DNA from: Deltaproteobacteria bacterium | GTDB lineage: Bacteria; Desulfobacterota; Desulfobacteria; Desulfobacterales; JAFDCJ01 | Direction of reading: 5' to 3' | Length of the DNA: 64,000 nucleotides | Assembly (NCBI GenBank): GCA_019312835.1 | Contig: JAFDCJ010000333.1 | Location: 303-64,302 of the forward strand | Shown: positions 53,052-62,828 of the stretch, piece by piece | Numbering within the stretch: the first letter of the stretch is position 1 | Layout of the letters: the number at the start of each line of letters is the position of its first letter | Translations under genes and position numbers: made by a program | The notes under the pieces: model-generated | What the model was told of the DNA's origin: nothing | Databases searched by the model: none | What the model saw: only the letters and a program-made list of their open reading frames with translations

Positions 53052-55541
53052 TTAATCCAACGTGCCCAGGTAGGCCTTTTCTATTTCGGGGTCATTTTGC
53101 ATGCTATCCGCAGGGCCTTCATGCACAACGGTGCCGGACTGGAGAACGTAGCCGCGGTCGGCCACCGACAGCGCCAGCCCCGCCATTTGATCAACCAGCA
53201 AAATCGTGATCCCCTCGTCGCGCAGATCCGCCAGTACGGAAAAAAGGGTGTTGACGATCACCGGCGCAAGTCCGAGGGAGGGTTCGTCCAGCAGCAGAAT
53301 CCGGGGTTTGGCAATCAACCCGCGGGCGACCGCCAGCATTTGTTGCTCACCGCCGGAAAGCAGGCCCGCCCGGATGTTTCGCCGCGCCCGCAGGGCTGGA
53401 AACCGGTCCAACATTTCCCCGACCTCTTTGTCGGCATCGAAATCCTTGCGGCAGTAGGCGCCCAGCCGGATATTTTCCACCACCGTCAGCTCGGGAAATA
53501 CCTGACGGCCTTCGGGCACCAGAAAAAGCTTTTCCGCGGCAATGCGATGGGCCCCGAAGGCGGTAATGTCCCTGCCAAGCAGCAAGACGGCGCCTTTGAC
53601 AGGCCGGTGCAGTCCGCTGATGGCACGCATCAGGGTGGTCTTGCCGGCCCCATTGGCGCCCAAAACCGCCACGAACTCACCCTTTTTGACATTGAGGTCG
53701 ACATCCTTTAAAACCGGCACCACGCCATAGGCCGCACCGAGTTTGGTAACGGAAAGCACCTCTTCTTCCTGGCCGGTCAGAGCGACGGTGCGCGGACGGC
53801 CTTGAACGCCGCTTTCGCCCAGGTAAGCCCGCAAGACGGCCGGGTCCTTTCTGACAACGGCCGGTTCCCCGGTCGAAATACATGTGCCGGCATCCAGCAC
53901 CATGATGTTGTCTGAAATATTCATGACCAGATTCATGTGGTGTTCCACCAGCACCACCGTAACCCCGGTCTCTGCAATCTTCTTGATGAGGGCACTTACC
54001 CGGGTGGTCTCTTGGTGCCCCAGCCCGGCGGCCGGTTCATCGAGCAACAGCACCTGCGGCTGCATGGCCAGGGCACGGGCAATTTCAACCAGCCGTTTGT
54101 CAACATGGGGCAGATCGCCCGCCGCGCTGTAAATCGGACCGCTGTAGCCCACGAAGGCCAGCAGACTTTCAGCCGTACGCCTCAGGTGGTCGTCTTTTTC
54201 CGCTTTGAAGAGGCAGCTCAATACAGAACCCAGCCGGCCGCGGCGCAGGGCGATGAGCAGGTTGTCCATGACCGCCATGCTGTCGAACAGCTGGGTTGTC
54301 TGATAGGTCCTGGCAATGCCGGCCCGCGCGATGGCATAGGGGGGCAATTGCGCACAATTTTTTTCGCCCAGATTGACCAACCCGTCATCCGGTTTGTAAA
54401 AGCCGCACATAAGATTAAGAACGGTGGTTTTGCCGGCGCCGTTGGGACCGATGATACTGGTCACTTTACCCGGCAGGGCCCTCAGACCGACGCTTTCCAG
54501 GGCACACACCCCTCCAAAGGAGATACAAAGGTCCTCGATGGTGATGTCCTGGGGTTTGGCGCCCTGGGAAATATAGCCCAGAATATCGCTTTTTTCAGGT
54601 TGAGCGGTTCTCAAATCCGGACGGCGAAACCGATTCAGGATGGCACCGGCGATACCCGACGGGGTCAGCCACATCACAACCAGCAGGAGGCTGCCGAAAA
54701 ACAGCAGCCGGTATTCCGCCAGGAAGGCTAAAAATTCGGGCATCAGGACCACCACCATCGCTCCCAGCAGGGGCCCTAAAACGAGGCCCGCGCCGCCGAC
54801 AATGACAACCAGCAAAAATTCGATCGATAGAAAAAACGGAAAGGAGCCCGGGCTGACAAAACTGGTCAGGGGGGCGAAGAGCGCACCCGCCAGGCCCGTG
54901 AAAACCGCGGACAGCGCAAATGCCATGGTGTGAATGGCCACCACGCTCAGCCCCAGCGACTCGGAGGCCACTTCCGAGTCCTTCACCGCCCGCAGGGCAA
55001 GCCCCCACCGGCTTTTGGCCAGGCGCGCGAATAACAAAACCGTTATGGCGGTAACCGCTATGATCAAAAGCGCCACGCCCCGCTCATCAAAGGTATATCC
55101 GAAGGCAGCTGGCTTCGGGATACCCATCAGGCCGTTGGCGCCGCCGGTGAGTGCGCGCCATTCGATGGCGCCGTGCTCGACAATAAAGCCGAAGGCGATG
55201 GTGATCATGGCCAGGTAGGGGCCTCTCACGCGCAAGGCCGGCAGGGCCAGCACCGTGCCGACCAGTCCGGCCAGGATACCGGCCGCCGGAAAAGCCAGCC
55301 AGAAGCTGATGCCGTGGGTGGTCGTGAGGATAGCGCTGGTATAGGCGCCGATGGCATAGAACCCGGCATGGCCGAGGGAAACCTGGCCCACCATCCCCAT
55401 CAGGATGTTGAGACCGGTGCCGACCATGGTGATCAGCCCGACGGTGGACAGGATGTGAATTTCATAGCCGTTGCCGATAAAGCAGTAAGCTGCCGGCAGC
55501 AGAATGAGCGCGGCGTAGCCGATAAATTTGAGGGATTTCAT
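53052..55541 (-). CDS. HAAT-family ABC transporter: permease fused to two ATPase domains (LivM-LivG-LivF)
   Basis: GQVSLGHAGF, LRVRGPYLAM permease; GPNGAGKTT...LLLDEPAAG; GANGAGKTT...LSGGEQQM...LLLDEPSLGLAP. Confidence 0.93.
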   Translation of the reverse strand: MKSLKFIGYAALILLPAAYCFIGNGYEIHILSTVGLITMVGTGLNILMGMVGQVSLGHAGFYAIGAYTSAILTTTHGISFWLAFPAAGILAGLVGTVLALPALRVRGPYLAMITIAFGFIVEHGAIEWRALTGGANGLMGIPKPAAFGYTFDERGVALLIIAVTAITVLLFARLAKSRWGLALRAVKDSEVASESLGLSVVAIHTMAFALSAVFTGLAGALFAPLTSFVSPGSFPFFLSIEFLLVVIVGGAGLVLGPLLGAMVVVLMPEFLAFLAEYRLLFFGSLLLVVMWLTPSGIAGAILNRFRRPDLRTAQPEKSDILGYISQGAKPQDITIEDLCISFGGVCALESVGLRALPGKVTSIIGPNGAGKTTVLNLMCGFYKPDDGLVNLGEKNCAQLPPYAIARAGIARTYQTTQLFDSMAVMDNLLIALRRGRLGSVLSCLFKAEKDDHLRRTAESLLAFVGYSGPIYSAAGDLPHVDKRLVEIARALAMQPQVLLLDEPAAGLGHQETTRVSALIKKIAETGVTVVLVEHHMNLVMNISDNIMVLDAGTCISTGEPAVVRKDPAVLRAYLGESGVQGRPRTVALTGQEEEVLSVTKLGAAYGVVPVLKDVDLNVKKGEFVAVLGANGAGKTTLMRAISGLHRPVKGAVLLLGRDITAFGAHRIAAEKLFLVPEGRQVFPELTVVENIRLGAYCRKDFDADKEVGEMLDRFPALRARRNIRAGLLSGGEQQMLAVARGLIAKPRILLLDEPSLGLAPVIVNTLFSVLADLRDEGITILLVDQMAGLALSVADRGYVLQSGTVVHEGPADSMQNDPEIEKAYLGTLD

Positions 55542-56410
55542 ACTTTTTTCACCTCTGCGCGGCCAAAAAGCCCATTGGGCATAATGGCCAGTACGACAAT
55601 GACCATCGTAAACGTGAGAATGTGGGTGTAGGGTGAGCCAAACAGGGCCGTGATGAGCGCTTCGATGATGCCGTACAGAATGCCGGCCACCATAACCCCC
55701 CAGGCGCTGGTGATGCCGCCCAGGATGGCGACGGCAAAAGCCTTGATTCCGAAAAGGGTACCCATGTCGGAAGACACGTTGAACAGGGGGGCGATCAAAA
55801 TACCGGCAATGCCGGCAAAGACAGTGGATATCACGAAGGATATGACGATGATCGTGCTGACGTTGATGCCGACCAGCCGTGAGGAATCCGGGTTCTGGAC
55901 GACGGCCCGCATGGCTCTGCCCTGCTTGGTATAGCGTGAATAAAGGTGCAGGCTGGCGCCCGCCAGAAGACCCACCACCGGTATGGCGATCTGCAGGGGC
56001 ATGATGATCAGATCACCGACGATATACGATACATCCGGCATCATCGAGGGCAGCATGCGCGGCTCTTTGCCGTAAGTAAACAAGACCACGTTGTCCAGAA
56101 CGATGCCGGCGGCCACCGTCGACATCAGCCAGGCAAGAGAGCCTTTTTTTGCAAAGGGGCGCACGGCAAATCGCTCCACAACCGCCCCCCACACGCCGCA
56201 GGTAACCAGCGCCATGACAACGCTGGCCGGAATGCTCCAGCCCCAGGTTACAGAGAAGGAATAGCACATCACGGCGCCGAGCATCATAGAGCTGCCCTGG
56301 GCGAAGTTTACCGTATTGGAAACGGAGTAAGTGACATAGAAGCCAAGTGCCAGAAGCCCGTACATGCTGCCAAGCCCAAGGCCCGTAATGATGGCCGATA
56401 GTATTAGCAT
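55538..56410 (-). CDS. HAAT-family ABC transporter permease (LivH-like)
   Basis: GSMYGLLALG, VNFAQG, GRAMRA, KAFAVAILGG, PNGLFG. Confidence 0.92.
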   Translation of the reverse strand: MLILSAIITGLGLGSMYGLLALGFYVTYSVSNTVNFAQGSSMMLGAVMCYSFSVTWGWSIPASVVMALVTCGVWGAVVERFAVRPFAKKGSLAWLMSTVAAGIVLDNVVLFTYGKEPRMLPSMMPDVSYIVGDLIIMPLQIAIPVVGLLAGASLHLYSRYTKQGRAMRAVVQNPDSSRLVGINVSTIIVISFVISTVFAGIAGILIAPLFNVSSDMGTLFGIKAFAVAILGGITSAWGVMVAGILYGIIEALITALFGSPYTHILTFTMVIVVLAIMPNGLFGRAEVKKV

Positions 56411-56499
56411 ACCTGCAATCCTTTTTTAGCGATGCTATTTAAAGCTGCAGCGCTTAACACGCCCGAGGTCCGGCCTGGAAAGCCAGGATTGAACCGTAT

Positions 56500-56563
56500 C
56501 GCCCGGTCTCGAAAAAGAGCCGGGAAATCCGTCCGTACTTCAAAACGCAATAGGCGGATTTCC
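56500..56563 (-). terminator. Stem-loops between the binding-protein and permease genes (possible mRNA-stabilising or attenuating hairpins)
   Basis: GGGAAATCCG...CGGATTTCCC (56522-56563) and overlapping cccgg.ctc...gagccggg. Confidence 0.4.
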
Positions 56564-56603
56564 CAGCTGTATTCGATCCGTCTATAACCCGGAACTTAGC
56601 GGT

Positions 56604-57791
56604 TTACTTCCCAACAGGCTTGATTTCATTGCCCACATAATGCACCATCACGTAGTCCTGGTAGCCCAGGGCATCATGATTTTCAGCCGTGAAAGCCGGG
56701 TCGTATTTTTTAATCAGGCCCTGATGCGGCTTGAGGTTTTCCAGGGCGAGCCTGATTTTATCGCTGTCGGTGCTGCCGGCCTGTTCGATGGCACGCGCCA
56801 GCAGGTGCATGGCATCATACGCATTGGCATAACCCACGGGCGGGAAGATATCTTCCGGACCGTTGATATCCTCATATTTTTTCTTGGCGGCGGCAATGAA
56901 TCTCTGGCCGACCTCATTCTGGTCTCCGAAAAAGCTGTAAGTCTGAACAAAATGGACCTTTTGGGATCCGGGACCGGCCAATTCCGGGAAACGACCGCCG
57001 GATATTCCCCAGTGGGAGACGACCGGCACGTCCCATTTCATGCGTGCGAGAGATTTTATGACGGTCGCACTGGGACGGACGTTGGCGACCAGGATAACCG
57101 TGTCGGCACCGCCTTGTTTCAGGCGCATCAGCTGCGGAACAACGTCGACGTCCCGGGACTCAAGTTTTTCAATTCCCGCCAGTTCGATCTTGGCGTCCGT
57201 AATGGCCGCGCGCAGGCCTTTTTCATTGGATTCCCCCCAGGGGTTGTTGATCAGCATCAGCCCGGGCTTCTTGGTCCCATAGGTCTTCATGGCATACTGA
57301 ATGAGGGCCTGGTCCACGATGGCATCCATCGCCGAAACCCTGAAAACATAGTTCGGGTCAGCCCCGTTGCGTGTGATCGGCGTTGCCGCGGCCCAAACAC
57401 CCATGAAGATGACTTTTTCCTTGTTCGCCACCGGCACGATGGCCAGGGAAACCGGGGAATCAAGGCCGCCAAAAAATGCGGTAACCTTTTCCTTAAAAAT
57501 CAGCTCACGGGCGGCCATCTGGCCCTTTGGAGGGTTGGACTCATCGTCACGGCTGATCAAGGTAAACTTGCGACCGCCCAGAACGCCGCCGTTGGCATTA
57601 ATCTCTTCAATTGCGAGGGTCAGACCACGCATAATGGCCTCTCCCGATTTAGCCGACTGGCCGGATAGCGCCGAAACCTGACCGATCTTAATGGGATCGG
57701 CAGCTGTCGCCGGCAGGCTGCCAACCATGACCACGGCAGCAATTAAAAGGCCAAGACCCAATACTCTTCCCATTCGACGGTTAAACATCAT
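56604..57791 (-). CDS. HAAT-family ABC transporter substrate-binding protein
   Basis: Signal peptide, IKIG...LSG, EEINA.GGVLG, RDDES.P, YDAM.LL..AI. Confidence 0.92.
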   Translation of the reverse strand: MMFNRRMGRVLGLGLLIAAVVMVGSLPATAADPIKIGQVSALSGQSAKSGEAIMRGLTLAIEEINANGGVLGGRKFTLISRDDESNPPKGQMAARELIFKEKVTAFFGGLDSPVSLAIVPVANKEKVIFMGVWAAATPITRNGADPNYVFRVSAMDAIVDQALIQYAMKTYGTKKPGLMLINNPWGESNEKGLRAAITDAKIELAGIEKLESRDVDVVPQLMRLKQGGADTVILVANVRPSATVIKSLARMKWDVPVVSHWGISGGRFPELAGPGSQKVHFVQTYSFFGDQNEVGQRFIAAAKKKYEDINGPEDIFPPVGYANAYDAMHLLARAIEQAGSTDSDKIRLALENLKPHQGLIKKYDPAFTAENHDALGYQDYVMVHYVGNEIKPVGK

Positions 57792-57947
57792 GTACCTCCT
57801 TTTAAATATTTAAGGTTAATTTAGCACATTTCCCCGGTAAGCATTCACCCCGGGTGACTGGTTTAAGTACCAGCCCCAATCACTAGTCAATAGAAAGCGA
57901 AGCCCTGATACCTGAGGGCTGGCCGAGCTTTCGGGAACAACCATTAC

Positions 57948-59330
57948 CTAGAACACCTCAAATCTTTTGCGTTTCAGAAATTGGCCATGACCGGCTTCGG
58001 CCTCAAGCTGGCAATCCCGCACCAGAACGGTCCCCCGGCTAATGGTGGTGACGGGATAGCCCTTCACCTGCCAGCCTTCGTAAGGCGTAAAATCCGTGTT
58101 GCTGTGCAGGCCTTCCTGGGTGATGGTCACCTCCTTTTCAGGATCTAAAATCATGATATCCGCATCACTGCCGATCGCCAGCGTTCCCTTTTGCGGATAC
58201 AGTCCCACAAGTTTGGCCGGGTTCGTGGCCGACACCTCGACAAATTTGGTAACCGATATGCGGCCCCTGTTGACCCCTTCCGAGAACAGCAGCGGAATTC
58301 TGGTCTCGATGCCTGGCGCGCCGTGGGGGATCATATCGATTCTTTTGCCGCGGGTCTCGAACAGCCGGATCTTGTCTTTATACGGAAAGGCACAATGGTC
58401 GCAGCCGATCGTCGACAGTGCCCCCGACCGCAGCCCGGCCCACAGGGCTTTCTGGTTTTCCCTGGGCCGCAGCGGGGGGGTGCAAACCCCTTTCATGCCT
58501 TCATAGCCGGGGCGGTCATAAACGCTGTCATCCAGGCACAGATAATGGGGCATGGCCTCGCCGTAGACATTGACACCGCGGGCCCGGGCTCTGGCGATCA
58601 AGTCTACCACCGGGCCTGCCGAAATATGGACAATCAGCACCGACGCGTTTAGCTCTTCAGCCACGTGGATAACCCTGGAAGAGGCCTCTATTTCGGTGCT
58701 CAGGGGCCGGGTGGGTGCATGCCATTGCGGGCCGGTGTGGCCGGCCGCCATGGCCTTGTCGGCCAGATAATCGATGGTGCCCGCGTTTTCGCAATGAACA
58801 CTGACGATACCGCCATGGCTCGTGATCGTGTCCATCAAGCGCGCCAGTTCGTAGTCGGGGACCGTCCAGTCATAGTACATGAACAGCTTGAAGGAGGGGA
58901 TCCCGTTATCGATCAATACCGGGATTTCCTGGTAGATATCTTCGGTGAACCTGTTGATGATGGGCGTGAAGGCAAAATCGGCGATGCTCTTGCCTGTCGC
59001 CCGTCCCGTAAATTCATCGACGATTCCCTGCAGGGATTGGTCTTTGGCCGGCATGGGGAAATCGACAATGGTGGCCGTGCCGCCAAAAGCCGCTCCTACG
59101 CTGGAGACGTACCAATCATCGACGGTGCGCATGCCGTGCAGAATGCCGTCCAAATGGGTGTGAATTTCAACCCCCGCCGGGAAAACATATTTGCCCGCGG
59201 CATCGATGGTCTCGGCGCCACCATCAATGCGGGCGGCAATGGCAGCGATCTTGCCGTCTTTTACGCCGATGTCTGCCGCCATGATTTCACTGGCGGTTAC
59301 TACCGTACCGTTTTTAATGGTTAAATCCAT
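57948..59330 (-). CDS. hydA: Dihydropyrimidinase / hydantoinase (cyclic amidohydrolase)
   Basis: HTH metal motif, GGTATIVDF, SFKLF carbamylated Lys, VHCEN, VHIS, PPLR, DHCAF, G.PGIETR, TPYEG. Confidence 0.88.
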   Translation of the reverse strand: MDLTIKNGTVVTASEIMAADIGVKDGKIAAIAARIDGGAETIDAAGKYVFPAGVEIHTHLDGILHGMRTVDDWYVSSVGAAFGGTATIVDFPMPAKDQSLQGIVDEFTGRATGKSIADFAFTPIINRFTEDIYQEIPVLIDNGIPSFKLFMYYDWTVPDYELARLMDTITSHGGIVSVHCENAGTIDYLADKAMAAGHTGPQWHAPTRPLSTEIEASSRVIHVAEELNASVLIVHISAGPVVDLIARARARGVNVYGEAMPHYLCLDDSVYDRPGYEGMKGVCTPPLRPRENQKALWAGLRSGALSTIGCDHCAFPYKDKIRLFETRGKRIDMIPHGAPGIETRIPLLFSEGVNRGRISVTKFVEVSATNPAKLVGLYPQKGTLAIGSDADIMILDPEKEVTITQEGLHSNTDFTPYEGWQVKGYPVTTISRGTVLVRDCQLEAEAGHGQFLKRKRFEVF

Positions 59331-59454
59331 TTGTCAATCGATGCCCCCTTTTTTGCCTGTCAAACAGGTTGAAGCGTTGCTTTCGGCCTGCCGGGTTACA
59401 TCTGTCTTGATGCCGCGGATTCTGTCATCGTCCCCCTTGCGCTGGGTCTAGGGG

Positions 59455-60507
59455 TTATTGCATGATCAGCGCCATGATGGCCTTCTGGCCGTGCAGCCGG
59501 TTTTCGGCTTCGGTCCAGAGCGCGCGGCTTCCCCACTTGCCGTCCAGGACGGCGCTGGAAACTTCCTGCTCCCGTTCACACGGCAGGCAGTGCATGTAAA
59601 CGGCTGTGTCTTTGGCCAGTTTCATCCGTTTTTCGTCGGCGATCCAGTTTCTGTATTTCCCGAACAGCTTGGCCATTTCCTCATTTTGCGGTGTTTGCTG
59701 GACAGGCGGCAGAAGGTCGAGGCAGACGTGATTCTTGGCATAAACCACATCGGCGTTCTCACAGGCATCTTCAAAGCTGTCCGTTACGCTGTAGCTGCCC
59801 CCGTTTATTTCGGCCTGGGCCTTGATGGCCGCTTCGATCTCGGGGTCGATGCGCATCTCCGGCGGCCGTGCGTAAACGATGTCCGCGCCCACGAGGCTCG
59901 AGACATACATCATGTCGTGGTGCGGTGCAATCGGCTTTTTGGTGCTGTCCGAGTAGGTCCAGGCCACGGCGACTTTGCGTCCGCGCATATCCGGGCCGTA
60001 GATTTCGCGCATGGCCATGAGATCGGCTATTCCCTGGCAGGGATGATAGATATTATCCTCCATGTTGATGACCGGTATATGGGCCCACTTGGCAAACTCC
60101 TGGATCACCCGCAGGCCTTTGTCGTATTCCCAGCCGACCACATCGCCCAGGATCCGAACCGCGATACAATCACCCATCCCCTGGATGGACCGCACCATGT
60201 CGGAAATCCGCTCCGTTTTGTAGGCCACGTCTTCGCCTTCCAGGGAAGGAATACGGGTGGCGCTGGGCTGCAAAAAGTGCCCGTGCCCGCCCAGCTGAAA
60301 AATGCCGGCTTCAAAACTATTGCGGGTGCGGGTGGATGGGTTGAAAAACATCATAAACAGGGTCTTGCCGTCCAGGAGCTTGTGGGGCCGACCCAGGGTG
60401 TAATCCTGTTTCAAGGCCAATCCGGTCTCGATGATCGTCTCGATTTCATGCTTGGTAAAATCCCTGAGTGTAATAAAATCTCTGCCGCGTAGTGCTTTGG
60501 TCAACAT
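59455..60507 (-). CDS. Transcarbamylase of the knotted AOTCase/YgeW-like group; substrate unknown
   Basis: FFNPSTRTRNSF, HPCQ, HCLP, EAENR; AWTYS...KP segment like YgeW/AOTCase; lacks the classical OTC SMG motif. Confidence 0.85.
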   Translation of the reverse strand: MLTKALRGRDFITLRDFTKHEIETIIETGLALKQDYTLGRPHKLLDGKTLFMMFFNPSTRTRNSFEAGIFQLGGHGHFLQPSATRIPSLEGEDVAYKTERISDMVRSIQGMGDCIAVRILGDVVGWEYDKGLRVIQEFAKWAHIPVINMEDNIYHPCQGIADLMAMREIYGPDMRGRKVAVAWTYSDSTKKPIAPHHDMMYVSSLVGADIVYARPPEMRIDPEIEAAIKAQAEINGGSYSVTDSFEDACENADVVYAKNHVCLDLLPPVQQTPQNEEMAKLFGKYRNWIADEKRMKLAKDTAVYMHCLPCEREQEVSSAVLDGKWGSRALWTEAENRLHGQKAIMALIMQ

Positions 60508-60569
60508 GGATGATTCCTCCTCATTTTTAGTCTTAATCTTTAATACCTTTTTTCAAACGAAGGCAAGTT

Positions 60570-61517
60570 TTATTTGCTCTTGACGATCCGCGTGCCGGTC
60601 GTTCCCGCCAGTGCCGCCAGGGTCATCTCCGGCAGGGTAATGATCACATCTTTGCCGGTGGCGGCGGTGAAATCGATGGAGGCCTGGATTTTGGGTCCCA
60701 TGCTGCCGGCCGGAAAGTGGCCTTCGGCCAAAAATTGTTCGGCTTCGGCAACGGTCATGCGATCCAGGTTTTTTTGATCCGGTGTGTTGAAATTGATCGC
60801 CACTTTTTCTATTCCGGTGGTGATGATCATCAAATCGGCATCGATATTCCTGGCCAGCAGGCTGGTGGCATGATCCTTGTCGATAACACCCTCCAGGCCT
60901 TCCAGCCGCCCGTTGGCGTCGACCACGGGGATGCCGCCGCCGCCGCAGCAGATCACCAAATCCCCAAACTCGATGGCCTGCTTGATGACGCCTTCTTCGA
61001 CAATGGCCCTGGGCATCGGTGAGGGCACCACCCGGCGCCAACCGCGGCCGGCGTCTTCGATGGCCTTCCAGCCGCTTTTTATCATCGGCGCCATCTGGTC
61101 CCGGCTGAAAAAAGGTCCCACCGGTTTGGTGGGCTTTTTAAAAGCCGGGTCTTCGGCATCCACCAGGCACTGGGTGATAATTGTATAGCCGATTTTGTCC
61201 ATCCCCCTGCTCTTGAAGACATTGTTGATTTCGCGCTGCAAAAGATAACCGATGCCCCCCTGGCTGTGAGCGCCGCAGATATCCAGGGAAAGCGGATACA
61301 CCTGGGTGCGGGCGGCTTCCACCCGGCGCAGGATGTTGCCTACCTGTGGCCCGTTGCCATGGGTGACCACCACCTTGTGTCCGGCGGCAACAAGGTCGAC
61401 GAGGTGCTCGGCAGTGCGATGGCAGTTTTTGATCTGATCCGGGATATCACCGGTTTCTTCCTGCCGTGAAATGGCGTTCCCCCCCAGGGCAACGACTATT
61501 TTTAAATTTTGTTTCAT
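60570..61517 (-). CDS. arcC: Carbamate kinase
   Basis: VVALGGNA, THGNGPQVG, DPAF..PTKPVGPF, RRVVPSP.P, GGGGIPV, VIDKD, GSMGPK. Confidence 0.96.
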   Translation of the reverse strand: MKQNLKIVVALGGNAISRQEETGDIPDQIKNCHRTAEHLVDLVAAGHKVVVTHGNGPQVGNILRRVEAARTQVYPLSLDICGAHSQGGIGYLLQREINNVFKSRGMDKIGYTIITQCLVDAEDPAFKKPTKPVGPFFSRDQMAPMIKSGWKAIEDAGRGWRRVVPSPMPRAIVEEGVIKQAIEFGDLVICCGGGGIPVVDANGRLEGLEGVIDKDHATSLLARNIDADLMIITTGIEKVAINFNTPDQKNLDRMTVAEAEQFLAEGHFPAGSMGPKIQASIDFTAATGKDVIITLPEMTLAALAGTTGTRIVKSK

Positions 61518-61604
61518 TTAATGTTATTCCAGCATGTTAGACACCTGTTTGCGTGGACCGGCCAACGGTGCAAGTGCCTGTTGTGCTTGAATTATCAGGC
61601 AGAG

Positions 61605-61633
61605 TTTATATTTTATAAAATATATTTTGTCAA
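61605..61633 (-). promoter_or_regulatory. sigma70 promoter of the arcC operon overlapped by an 18-bp perfect palindrome (candidate GntR operator)
   Basis: Minus strand TTGACA-17 nt-TATAAA; TATATTTTATAAAATATA at 61607..61624. Confidence 0.7.
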
Positions 61634-61744
61634 CACAAAAAGTCGGCCCAAACCGGGGTCGAAACTGGTTGTAACCCCGGAATACCTATCGGATTCCTTG
61701 CTCCCGTGAAGTTCACGCCGATCCGGTATTTCTGCAACTCATTC

Positions 61745-61773
61745 TTGACAATGTTTTTTTTATAAGATATTTT
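61745..61773 (+). promoter_or_regulatory. sigma70 promoter of gntR with a degenerate copy of the same operator
   Basis: TTGACA-17 nt-TATTTT; spacer contains TTTTATAAGATA. Confidence 0.55.
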
Positions 61774-61907
61774 TTGCAAAATGTTAAATGATTGCAGACG
61801 GTTTCACGAGTGCTTCAAGCCCGTGCGGATTTCCACCGCATTGGCCAGGACTTGTACTTTGGACACTCTTGAAGTTTTCAACCCCCAAACCAAAGGGAAA
61901 ACAAATC

Positions 61908-62576
61908 GTGAACATTCCTAAAAAGCGTCGTCCCAACCTCAGTGAAATCGCTTACGATGAAATCAAGGAGATGATCTTATCCGGAGAAGTTGCCCAGGGC
62001 GAGCGGATCCTGCTGGATGAAATTTCCGAGAGATTGAACCTGAGCATAACGCCGATCCGGGAGGCCCTGAACAAACTGGCCCAGGAGGATCTGATCCAGA
62101 TCACGCCCCGCACCAGCCATGCGGTTATTTCCCTGGATGCCAAGGATGCTTCCGATATACTGGAGTTGCGGTTATTGCTGGAAACTTTTGCATTTCAAAC
62201 GGCCGGCGAGAATCTGGCGGAGTTTCCGGTGCAGCGGTTTCGGGACGTGTTCCAGCGTCCCGAATTGGCGCAAAACTACAAAGAATTCGTTCAGTACGAT
62301 GCCGAGTTTCACAGCACCATCGTCGCTGCCAGCAACAATAAAAAACTTGGCAAACTCTACGCCTATCTTCAGAATCTGGTTTTGGTCGAGTTAATTGCGG
62401 CGGCCCAGATCGGGGGACGCATCGAGGCCGCCCTCGAAGAGCATTTGAAAATTCTGGATGCCATTGAGGCCCGGGATGTGGATCTGGCCCTGGCGGCCTT
62501 GAGGGTGCACTTGAAAACGGTCGAAAAGATTCTGAGCACCATACAGGGGCGCAAAGCTGCCCGAAAAAATGGTTAG
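61908..62576 (+). CDS. GntR family (FCD domain) transcriptional regulator
   Basis: AYDEIKEMIL.G...GERI, SITPIREAL wHTH; D.EFH, EEH..I..AI FCD motifs. Confidence 0.93.
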   Translation: MNIPKKRRPNLSEIAYDEIKEMILSGEVAQGERILLDEISERLNLSITPIREALNKLAQEDLIQITPRTSHAVISLDAKDASDILELRLLLETFAFQTAGENLAEFPVQRFRDVFQRPELAQNYKEFVQYDAEFHSTIVAASNNKKLGKLYAYLQNLVLVELIAAAQIGGRIEAALEEHLKILDAIEARDVDLALAALRVHLKTVEKILSTIQGRKAARKNG

Positions 62577-62608
62577 GACCGTGTGGCGGTGCCTGGCGCC
62601 GCAGAATA

Positions 62609-62643
62609 AAAGAAGCCATCTCAAATTTTGAGATGGCTTCTTT
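62609..62643. terminator. Perfect 17-bp inverted repeat, probable bidirectional terminator
   Basis: AAAGAAGCCATCTCAAA-T-TTTGAGATGGCTTCTTT between convergent gntR and the FAD oxidoreductase gene. Confidence 0.75.
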
Positions 62644-62828
62644 GCGTATCATCAACAACAATTATTTCTGTATCGTCCTCTCAACGCCCCAATCACATCG
62701 CGGGCAGGCCCGATCCGGGGCTCGGCAGCTCACCACCCCGAGCACCGCCGAAGTGGAATCCAGTGCTTTTTTAACTCATCACGCGGCGGGCGGCCGCATT
62801 TGCACCGGCAGGAAAATTAAACGCCGTA

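Noticed and set aside
59455-61517. Arginine deiminase pathway (arcB-arcC)
   Set aside because: No arcA or arcD, the transcarbamylase lacks the OTC SMG motif, and the neighbour is a cyclic amidohydrolase
62715-62760. Degenerate REP-like palindrome (gctcggcagctcaccaccccgagcaccgccgaag)
   Set aside because: Single weak copy; too little support to call as a feature
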